From Phoronis australis (Eukaryota > Animalia > Phoronida), in assembly GCA_002633005.1 (NCBI GenBank), contig NMRA01000328.1, positions 439,265-503,264 on the forward strand: a DNA stretch of 64,000 nt, in the 5' to 3' direction. Shown piece after piece: positions 12,401 through 24,400 of this stretch (its first letter is position 1; each line of letters opens with the position of its first letter). Made by a program: the position numbers and the translations under genes. The notes below the pieces were generated by a model that saw only the letters and a program-made list of their open reading frames with translations, was not told where the DNA came from and made no database searches.

Positions 12401-15400
12401 TGTTAAGACATTGAACTATTAGCACTGATAACAAAGATGGGTGGTGTCTTGCAGCTTTAATATATATATATAATATATCTTACCACAGTTTGGAATTGCA
12501 CTGAATAATATTGTAGTTAACTTATATTCGTTTATCAAATAGAGGACAAGTGCTATTGTCAGAGGCTTTAGACAAATATTTTTTGAACCTAGACAGTGTC
12601 AAACAAGGCCATCACATGACTCAATAACTATATTCTATCACTCACTAAAGAATTAAACTTTTTATCCATGCTTGATACCTGATACGTTCACTAGACAAAG
12701 AAACATTGATTTTAAAAAGTACTATGTTCTATCAAGTATTTCTGCATGGAAGGTTCCAGAATAATGTCAGTAAAAGCTATCAAACCTCTGACTGTTTGAC
12801 AATCATATCATGTTGTAAGTTACACACAAAGTATAGTCAATGTGATTTCTATAGTGCCGTTTACACTTACAAAGTTGACACGGATCAGCTGACACGGAAC
12901 AAGTTGTTCCAGTGTGTAAACGGACTGACATGGCGCAAATTGACACCGCTGTGGCAAATTTTTGCCACCCGTTTGTGAGGTAGAGTAATTTGCGCCCGAA
13001 CATCTTGCACCGTGTCAATTGTAAGTCTAAACGCGAAACTGGAGTAAGGTGGAAAGGATCATCTCTACTGCGCTTGTGCAATGACCTACGTACGGGTTCT
13101 CTGTCTCAGCAACTCTCGTCATTTGTAAACCTGCGCATGTGCGATCCAGTCTCACCAGCCTTTAATTTCCGTCTTGCCATGGTTAGTGAGTTGTGTGTGT
13201 AAACGGCCGCTTGACACGGGTCAATTTGCTCCGTGTCAGTGGCGCCGGGCCAAAAGTTGATGTCTAAACGGGACTATTGTCATTCAAGCAGACAGAGAGA
13301 TAATGAAAAGAGCAAAAAGTCTTTTACTTAGATCTGCACTCTATTCAGTCAAAATTTGTCACAACAAGCTAGGTACTACTCACAGAATTTGTCACAACAA
13401 GCTAGGCACTACTTTCAGAATTTTCTACCTCAAAAAATGACATCTTTTATCTTGAAGTGTCATAATTTTAGCTACTGATTGCTGTCACTTTTTGCTAATG
13501 ACCCAATGCGCTTTTCAGTTTCAAATGCAAAAAAGACATAACCCTAATCTTTCACTGTCCATTATGTTTACAAAATTTTCAGGATTGACCATGTAAAGCA
13601 ACTTTAAGAGAGTAAAACAGCTTCTTAATTATATTTTTTTAATCCAAAACTATTTATATGACAAATTTTAGTTTTAAGGGCCTATTATTTCATACTAACA
13701 TGGATGTTTCGGAGACTTGCGGTCAGTGTGAACGGTTAATTTCAGTCCTGGATTGAAGTTAACAGTGACAGTTCACTTTGCAGTAAACAGGTGGATTTAA
13801 CAGCAGAGCATCGACGCTGCGGTGCAGTATGAACGGTTAAGTTCGGTCCTATCGAAGTTATCGCCGGGTTAAAGTTATCGCCAGGTGCCACTGTTATCGT
13901 CAACAATTAAAGGGTAGTCAGTGTAGTTGCTATTAGTTGCTTATGTTTTGGTGGAATGATCACCACTCAAATTAGAAATAAGTTTTATGTCAATTAGAAC
14001 ATGTACATGTTCCCAAATTGTCACATTAAAAAATCTTAGCGTGCAGCGCTACCTTGCGATTACTTCGATGACAACATCACCTACCGTTTACTTCGACGAG
14101 CGTTAACTACCGAAGCCGGTATGAACTGTTAAGTTAACTTCACAGTTTATGTCGGACGCTACGCTCAAGCCGGAGTTAAGTCAGTATGAAATGGCCTTTA
14201 GACATTTGATTACTAGCTAATAAGCATACAATTATCTGTTGATCTGTAACACATCTATGTGTAAACATGTCAGGTAATGTATAAAGATCACAGGGTTAGC
14301 ACTGACTTAATGCAGGTCTTTGAACTTTGCTAACTGATGCATAAGTGTTATTTGCTCAGGTAGCTGTGGTTAACAGATGTCATGCAATATTTAACAGCTG
14401 AAGATGCAAGAAAGCAACCAGACTTCATTGTAACATCTATCCTAATACTTTGAATAATCCACGTTTTTGCCAGTTTAAGCTCATTAAAAAAACAGCTTCT
14501 TGGAGGAATCATTTTTCAGCTCTTTTACACATTCCCTATCCTTCTGTTAAACTCTGTTCACATACTAGCTAAAGGGAGAGTGTTTTTCAGAGCATTTGCA
14601 AGTACAGTAGTGAAAATACCAGGAACACGAATGGCTGTGAGGGCCATTTTCTCTGGCAATTTGAGATAACTAAAGACGTTTTAGCTAAGACTCTTATAGT
14701 TATAGCCAGACAGCTTACTTCGAAAGACATAATTATCTGCACAAGCAACATCTTCATTTATTGTTGAGTTGAGTTAATAAGTTTATTACAGAGATTAAAC
14801 TGGGCATTACCACCAGCTATAGGTAAATTATGTAAATACATATATATATACATACCTATGTATGTAGAGGTGATGAGAAATCTTGAAACTACTGGAGAAA
14901 ATGGCTTGCTTCCATGCAAAAGCATGCCCGACTAGATTTCGCCAGTCATGTGAACTCAGCATTAGTGGCCAGCTTCTATTAAAGACATTATCTACTAACT
15001 TTTGTAATTCCATCAAATAAAGGCCCTAGCTTACATTTTAAAAGGTGGTTGCTTCATGCTGAGGCCCAAGTTTCAGTCGAAACATAGGGTACTATTTGGT
15101 ATATATATTCTATGATGAAAAATAACGGCACAATTCCCTTATGTCAATAAACATTAACTGGAATAAATGGTAGATTCAACATGATTTCTGAGTAATGTAA
15201 TGGACTGAATGCTGATGTATGCAGGCTAATGAAGATGAATAGTCACTCAAAATGGACTTCCACAGTAGTAATAGAATACCCAACGGGTAGCTATGACCAG
15301 TAATCAGCGCTATAGCCAGAGTGAGACAAGGCACTGTTCGTTTCTGATTCCTTGTTGTTTGATAGTGCAAAAAGATAGTAAAATTCTAACCAAATGCAGT

Positions 15401-18400
15401 ACTTTTAACTCCGACAAGTGATTAGACTGACACTGTACACAAAAGTTGGTCAAAGCATGCCTGCAAACTGCTCGAAAAATATCGTTACAATTCATTCAAA
15501 AACATATTGAAAGGCTTTTTTTAATTTCTTCAATGTTTTCATTTCAAACCAACACAACAGCACATTCAATTTGTTATAAACTATCACAACAGCAGAGGTT
15601 TTTTTGATGAAATGTGGGTTCAACATTATCCAAATCTTATGCTAAAAAGATTTGCACACAAGTGGACCAGAAAGTGTGCACTATTTACCCCTAGTCAATA
15701 TCCAGTGAAGTCCTTGACACAGTCTGATTTAGGCTCGCGCAGGTGTTGCGGTAACAAACACCAAATGTTAGGGTAGGAGTTGTCTCTGAATGTAGCTTTA
15801 AAGTAGCAATTATAAAAATACTTATGATTTATAGTTTATACATCTCAAACATTTGGTTTTTCTTGTAAAAGGGGAAATTTTTAAATGGTGAAATTCTTAA
15901 CGATATATGGAAAAAACTAAAGGCTAACTACGCAGTGAACTTGGACTCCTATTGTCAATAGATCAGTTGTTTCTAAAATAAATGCACATATTTTAAATTG
16001 AGACCTGTGACCATGTTTTATTAGTAAACGTTAGCAACAAAGAAAGGTAAATTGATAGCAAACCAATGATATCAATAACATTACCTTACTTATTTGTTAA
16101 GGTAATATATTAAAAATGATGCAATAGTAATTCTAAAATATTTCATTTGTTTTATGCAACTTGGCATGAAAGTTTTTTATGAAAATCATAAAAGTCCTAT
16201 TTTTGATGGCTACTAGAGTACAAGTGGAACATTTTAATAATAATCGCTTGTAGAAATTTAGCGAACAATGCATAAAGCATATCTTAAAGTTTCACGTGAA
16301 CCCAAACAGCAGTTTATGAGATATGATGTTCTAAACTCTAGGTATATTAGTTTACTTTTCAGGGTTCTACATAGCCTGAAGTATTTGTGTGAAACTAACT
16401 TTCTTTTCCTCTTTCTAGCATTTAAACTATAATAAACCAATCAGAGACATTTAAACTATAATAAACCAATCAGAGACATTCCCTTAATACTGACACCACT
16501 TTTGTTAACTTGAATGATGGCAGAAATAGTTTATTGTAAGTTTATAGTGGTCCCATTATTACCGTAAACTCGCGGGTTAACACCCATGCCTTGGTAATCA
16601 CCCCCCACTATGCGCAAAGTTCAGCTTCTCAGGTAATCGCCCATACCCAACTTACCGCTAACAGAACTTGAGCTTGAACTTGTGCTTTTGTTTGCAACTT
16701 TGCCTCAGGCTCAAACTTCCGTGTTCGCAGGAAACACAGCAGATAATCTCGAAAAGAGTGCTTTTTAGTCGGAATTTGTGGAATAATAAGCACTGCAACT
16801 ACATTTCCATAAACTAATCAACTCGTCTTTTGTTAAATTAATATAGGTCTATTACATAGGTTTTTAAGTGAACTGGCACTTTTCTACTACGAGATTAGTC
16901 ATCGCTCAGTAATGATCTAGATCGGACTGTGACGTTATTCGCGTATACAAGTTACAGTCCCTGAGCACATGATTTTGCTAGATTTATCTCCTGTGTCCAC
17001 GCAGATTTGAATTGAGCAATAAATCAAAATACCCCTCTTGCTGCAATTGCACACACGGAGCACGTGATTTTGCTAGATTTATCCCAGATTGACCCAAGTT
17101 TGAATTGATCAATTAATCACACTCCCCTCTCGTTGCAATTGCAAAGTTTGGTTGTGTCTGGCCGGAAACTAATCATCCGCGTTTTAATCAAGGAAACGAA
17201 ATGTAGTGACGTTCACTAATCTGAAACAGTTCTTGCTGATGCGGTAAGTGGACTACCAAGAGTTTCATAAAGTTCCACGGTATAACATTCTTAATATATT
17301 TGAAAACATCTGAATTTTTAGCAATGGTCTCATAAAACCACCCTTTCAAAGTTGAAATCCTGTTTCTGTTTGAGCCGTGAGAAACTTTATGGTTGTCGGG
17401 TTCCGGTGATTAACCAAATTTACAAGTTCCGGGCACCAATGAATACATCGTATGCTTGCCAGGTTTGGCTACAATTTGGACGAAAACTGCTTGGGTAATT
17501 ACGCACCCCAGACTTTCAGAAGTTTTTGGTTTAAGCGCCCACTATTTGGGTAATCACTCACCCCATGTCTCAGGGAGTCCAAATTTAAGCAGAGCATCAC
17601 AACTCGCGAGTTTACAGTAGTGATAAAAATGTTGGCGCTCATATTTACCACGGTAGTTTAAGTGTGCTTTATGCATTCACTCTAAAATGACTTTAAGTAG
17701 TTTAACTAAAATTGAATTCCAAATTTCAACTAGAGTTACATAATCTTAGCAACACAATTTTTTTAGTTTGCACTTCAACATTTCAGAGATAATTAATTAT
17801 GCGCACAGTGACTGCCTTCCGGCTACTTCAGACCAACCAATCAACTTCCACTTAGACTGTAATGACGCCTCACTAACTTTATACGACATTCGCATCAAGC
17901 GGGCCATCGTTGGGTACTCCCCCGACCTGAGGTGTTTCCATGACCCGTCGGATCGCTGCGTCCAGAACTTGACTCAGACAGACATGGCTGCAACATGTAA
18001 CCATGAGGCAGAATGTAGTATGGCCATACACGCAGAGGTGATGGGAGGCTGTGCTGGCAGATTGAGTACCTACATTCATGTGTGGTATACCTGTATACCA
18101 GGTGAGTTATGAGACTCATTATCACACTTTTCACCTCAAACCAGAGGTTGGGCCCTGTGAACAATGCATTAATTATCACTCATGGTTATTAATTTACCCC
18201 TGAAATTGAAACTTTGTAACACATAGATAAAACATCAAAAGTCTTGTTAATCAAAATTTTACCTGAGTTAATATAATAATCACGCAATAAATTATGTTTT
18301 TGTTGATGGTGCTGGGACTTTGTTTCATTATGTCTTCAATACAAATAGAAGACAAATTATTGTAAATACTAATTATTTATCTATTAAACACTTCAAAACA

Positions 18401-21400
18401 GCCGCTAGAAAAGACATTTTTGACACAAGTGATGTGTTGCTCACTTAATTCATTTTGTGCTTTCATGGGAGAGAAAATTATTGAGTTAAAGTAAAACCAA
18501 AGATCAGAAATTGGCAGGCACTGCAATTCAGATACTCCAACCAGTTCCCTAATGGCACCATGCCTTATGCCTTCTCCTCGTAGTCCCCATCCCCAGGGGT
18601 GAGACTGCCACTGCCTGTCTATCCACCAGACAACCCTCACTGCTCTCTATATCATGCAAGGATTACACACTGTACAGTACAAGCGTCTACTACAATATTG
18701 AGGTGAGTCACTTACTGAACCCTCTCCTAATGTGCAATTTGGAGTGGGTCAAAGTAAAATTAAATAAGACTAAAGTAGATAATTAAGCTTTATTACGATT
18801 ACAGCACACGCTTACATTTCACCAGCACACACTTACATTTCACCAGCATACACTTACATTTCACCAGCATACACTTACATTTCACCAGCACACACTTACA
18901 TTTCACCAGCACACACTTACATTTCACCTTCACTTAGTTTGCACCAGTTCAGCTCATAGGAATCTTATTGATCGAAATATATATAACTAAAACATGGACA
19001 TTTTATAAAATATATCCCTGCATGTATTTATGGACTTAATTACGAAGTTTTTCTAAGCACTAAGTTCATCATTCAATTGTACCCTCAACTCTACTTGAGT
19101 ATTACCAGAAATTATAAATATAAAGTTGTAAACTGATTAATTCTCTTTATTTAAAAAACAAACCTGTTGACTTGGAAAAAGCATAACGACTTCTTGAATT
19201 CAGGAATACAGTGAAATCTCACCAACGTAGAATAAAACATGACAGGAAAAATTTTATTTTTTCAAGACTCGAATATATCTTCATCATTTACATTTAGTAG
19301 CTACCACCACACAATGTTTTGAGGAACTGTGGGTATTCACAACAGTGTTAGCCAGAAACTTTTGAAAGCCAAAAAATGTCAATTTTGTCTCAGTTTGAAA
19401 AAGTTTTATCCTTCGTAACATTTGTGTAATTGGTTCCAGTTACAATTATTTTTCAAAATTAAAGCTAAGTTCAGTGAATGTCTAATAAGTGTGATAATTT
19501 TTTTTGCTTCCAATCTCACAGAAATGCAGTATCCCCATGATTTATTGGCCAAATTTCAATTAATCCCCATATCATAATTTGCAGACCTGGCATTACATGG
19601 GGCAAATGATTTTTTAATAGCAAACATTATATATCAAATCTTATAATAGCAACATTGCAACATTTCACTTAATTAAACCCAAGAAATCTAGAAAAAGCAT
19701 TTTTCTTGACTCAAGTGACTTACTATCACCCACTTTTACTCAAGCCAATAAGGACACTGAAGCTAATACGAGTTTTATCAAAAAATTTACTTGATTTCTT
19801 GCAAGAACTTTACTCTGACATTTATGTAAATGTAAACACCACAAACCTATTTTGACCTTGCATGCATTCTTACAATCAGCAGCTTAAGACACTTGGATTC
19901 TTAAACCTGAGTTTAATTAGGCTTGAACCTGTTCAAATTACATTTACAGATACTTCAGGCATTCCTAGGTTATGACACCAACCAGGTGAGATGCTTCAAA
20001 GATGCAACAGACTGCTCAAAAGATGTCACTGCTAACATTCAGCAACTTTGCCATGGCAAAGAAGAATGCAATGAGTGGATATCAGCTGATTTCCTAAGAC
20101 TGTGTGGCAAAGCCAGTAATTACATACACGTCCAATATGATTGTAAGCCATGTAAGTGGGTCTAGCAAGAAAGTAAATACATGTTTGGATTCAGGATCAC
20201 AACGTGTGGTTCAGATGGTTGCCACCCCTTTGGACCCCATCTAGTATGGAATGATCCAAAATGTGTCCAGTAATATACTTGTTTTGAGTGAAGACGGACA
20301 TCTTTTAATGATTCAAATCCCATGATTCTTTTACTGTACCTTTCAAAATGATTAGGCACGGAGTAGATATGTTTTTGCGGTTAGAAATCAGTTTCGTACC
20401 AAGTTACCCATGGCATAAGCGTAGCATCGTAGCCAGTGCATTATCACTCATGGGAGACAACCAACGGCAGTACTTGAAAAATAGATTGAAACTCATCCCT
20501 TTGGTGCTTGTAGAGCACTTGTTGAATCACCTCATTCAAGTGCTACCATGATAACACACCAAACAAAAGTTTATGATTAGGTTTTTGTTCCTTGACCATA
20601 AGACCCACCAGCTATGGTCACACTGTATTAATTAAACCTCTATTGGTCACACTGTATTAAACCAATGGTCACTGTGTAGTCTTGCCATGTCATGAGAAGT
20701 GTTGATACTTGCAGACAACAAAGACATTGGTGGCCCTCAAAAGTCACTAACATGCACCTCTCAGTCTAATCCAGAGGACCCTTCTTGGTCTCCATCCTTT
20801 GCCCACATCACTTGTGCAACACCTAGTGCCAGTCATCATGTCATAGTTATCAAGCAGGCTTGGTACGGGTACACGTCACGAGAGCAAGATGTCTGTGTAC
20901 AGGAGCCTGGCGACTGCCGGCAGATAGCGCTGGCAAAGTACCAGGCACTGTGTGCAGGTACGTACAAAAAATAAGCAATTTAGTTGGATTTGCTTTCAAG
21001 TTAGGTGGGTATAAGGGACATTATCACCCACAGTCCAAGACTCTCCAGAGAGCACTTAGATAATCGTCAACTGCAGTCATCTGTCAGCCTTATGCAGCCT
21101 TATGCAGCCATATGGCCTTTTCAAATCAATGTTATACATCTTTGGTACCAGAGGAACATCAATGGCCTTTTAGACTGGTTTCAGTAGTTATTGAATGTCA
21201 GATATCACGATTTGATTAGTGGGTCTTCAAAGTTATCAAATGACAGCACTCTGAAAATGTTGGTGCAGCCCTGGCAAAACTTTTTTAAATTCGAAACATG
21301 GTATAATGTTTTCCTCTTTTCTGTTATCAAACAATGTTACCCTATTTGAGCATAATTTTGTATCTCAGTTGAAAAATGAAAATCATCGATTGAATCCCAT

Positions 21401-24400
21401 CTGTACTCGAGTTCCATGAACATCAGCTCAGGAACGACTTATGAAATGCATTGATACTACCTGAGCAAAAAATCATAATTCTGAAAAAAATCATAATTTT
21501 GTTTGGTTGTTTAAAATTCTCATTTTGGTTCTTTTAAAACAAATTTGATATTCTGCTGTCCAAATTTAAGCTCAGTTTCGTTGCATGTGAAGCTTAATAT
21601 TCAAGGTTACAAAGGAACTTTCATGACAAGTCGGCATATATGTCTACAAATCTGTAGATTTTAACAAGTAAAAGTATTTATTATCTGAAAGTAGAAAGCC
21701 TGCTGAATTATTTTGATTTTTGACACGTTACCAGTCTATTATGATTTGAGTCAGGTGATCATGTTTTTCAGTAAAATTTAGCAAAAAAGTTACATCGATA
21801 ACAAAACAACACTATCAATAACATGACCAAATTTTATTTGATATAAAAGTTCAAAGTGTGAGCTCAGAAACGCTGTAACAGTTTTCGAAAATAAGTTTTA
21901 GTTTTCGTTTTACGCAACTTGAGATTTTTTCATGAAAATGAAGAGTCCTGTTTTTTCATAGCCACTCATGCAAAAAAGGAACATTTTAGAAACAAGTTCT
22001 AACGTTTTAGAGAACAGTTCATCAAGCAAAAAGTATCTGACACTTTCATATGAATCCAGTGATGCATTTATGAAATATAACCAGAAAAACGTAATTATAT
22101 GAAAAATGATACTGAAAACAGTCGCTTTCCATTTAAGCCAGACATGTTGTTGCACATAAATTAATGCTGGCAAATATCTCTTAGAGTAGACTTGAGGTGT
22201 AGCAGTTGTCATCATTTGGTATGTCTTGACTAACCATTTTCCTTAGTACCTAGACATTTCTTTGTGCCTTGATGAGATGGAGAACCAGCAGGCTCTCCAA
22301 CAAGAATGCAAACATAGAAAATTCATGTCATCATTAAATTATAAGGAAAAGGAACACTCACCGAAAAAGAAACTGAGAAAGTTACTGTACACAATTGTAA
22401 TGAGTTACTGTTGATATGGTATGCACAAGCTTAGTGATCATGAGTCAGGGCTCAGAGTGGCCAATGACAAAAAAGAGGAGATGTATCGTTCCACAAACGA
22501 ATAGGGTTGTATGAAAACAAATATGTTTGTGTTGTAAAAATTTAACTGAAATAAATGTCTTTGCATGAATAAAGTCAAAATTATGATTAAAAGAGATGCA
22601 AAAAAGAGAAAACTGGAAATCAAATAAAAGGAAATCGAAACCAATAAAGAAGAAATCCTCTTGAAAGAGGAAAATTGCAAGCCATGAGAGTTCAATGGGC
22701 TGGTGGCCTGGCATGAAACAAAGTTATTATCATCAGGATTGGTAAAAGCACAGCAATAAATCTTTTGTGTCATGATTTCTTTTCAGGAAAAGTGACATGT
22801 GAGATAAGTCTGGATAGAGAAACACTATCTCAATGTAACAACAAGCCAAGTACATCGCTTCACATTCAGTATGAGTGTGTTAATACAGGTACAAGTCAAA
22901 TTAGTGATTCAATGTCTTTAGACCTAAAAAACGCTTATTAAATGAAAATTCACCAATTTGTCACTATGACAGGACATTAAACCATCTTGAGTGAAGCTAA
23001 ACAATTGTGGCCAAGTCAAATACACAGTGAATAATAACGAATTGCGAGCATCTCTGCATTTCAAAGCTGTATGTCATATACACTGCAAGTGAGTTGCTTT
23101 AAAACTCAAAGGAAATATTCCTTAATTTTCAACAGTGAAAAAATAACTGTTTTTTGTAAAATAACAAGAAAATATGAATGAAACACCTTAGGGGCATTTG
23201 GTTATGTGTAATTAATTATACTGAAACTGTTCATTAAACAGCAGTATTTCAAATCATCATGAAGTTCTTACATTTTTTGAAAGATTCACTCTCCAAAATT
23301 TAATAGCCAGTCTAAAATTAAGGAATATGCAGCCTGTTCGTGATCTGTTTCAGAGGACAATTTCCTAAACATTTGTGACATGAGAGCCATCAGCCAGCAC
23401 ATAGAGTCAGGGTTCATCACGTCCCCCCACTACCCCCAGCCCTACCCTAACAACATGGACTGCGAGTGTGTACTGACCACCAACCACCCAGACACTGCTT
23501 TCCAACTCAACATGCTTGACTTCAACCTAGAGGCAGACCCCCAGTGTGGCTATGACTGGTTTAGTGTCAGCATACAGCACAGTGGTGGGTACCCACTGTG
23601 TGGCACCATCTCTGACATGCCAGCCATTAACACAAACTACACCATAGTGAGGATGAAGTCTGATGGCTCATTTCAACAAAAGGGATTTCTTTTGAAAGTG
23701 TCAAGTAAGTTGCTTTACTTGGTACCCTATTTAGATTCTCACAACCATTGTGACAATTACAATTATAATAATAGGTCATAAAACAATAACCTTAAAATAT
23801 TCATTTCCTTAACTTGATATAAAAACTTGATGTAAGACAACATTTTTAGACCTTCTTCAAGGCATTGTCTAAAAACACTGTTTCTTCTGTTATTTCAAGT
23901 CAAGATAAAGTTAGATGGCAATTCACTGTCAATCTGATATTAAAACTGTTCTGGCAGTCTGTTAATTTTATTTTAAGACCCATTCCATGGTGCAGAAGGA
24001 AAAACCAGGAATGTTGCATACTCAAAACTGACCAATCAATTTACTTCAGATATACAAGAAAATGCAGCAGAAGTCACAACTTCCTGTGCCCATGAGATAA
24101 TTTCCAACATTAGTTTTATCCACTGGCCTTTTATCAGATTATTTACCAACAGGGCAGAATTCAACAACAGGTTTCATAAAAGCACGGTGTTACAACGTCA
24201 CAAAAATTCGAATGGCCACAACCCAACAACCAACGACGACAACAGTGCCAACAACAACAGCGACTTCCAACATGACGAGCACATCAAACTTGACAGCACC
24301 TGGTGACAATGGTACAGCCAACTCAACCACCAACGGGACAACCAGTCCAAATTATACTCTGAACAACTCTACATATGGCTATGCAATGTTGTCAACAGAG

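Noticed and set aside
21910-22773. Hydrophobic minus-strand ORFs suggesting a nested membrane-protein gene
   Set aside because: Hydrophobicity follows from an A-rich plus strand; no recognisable motif or splice structure.
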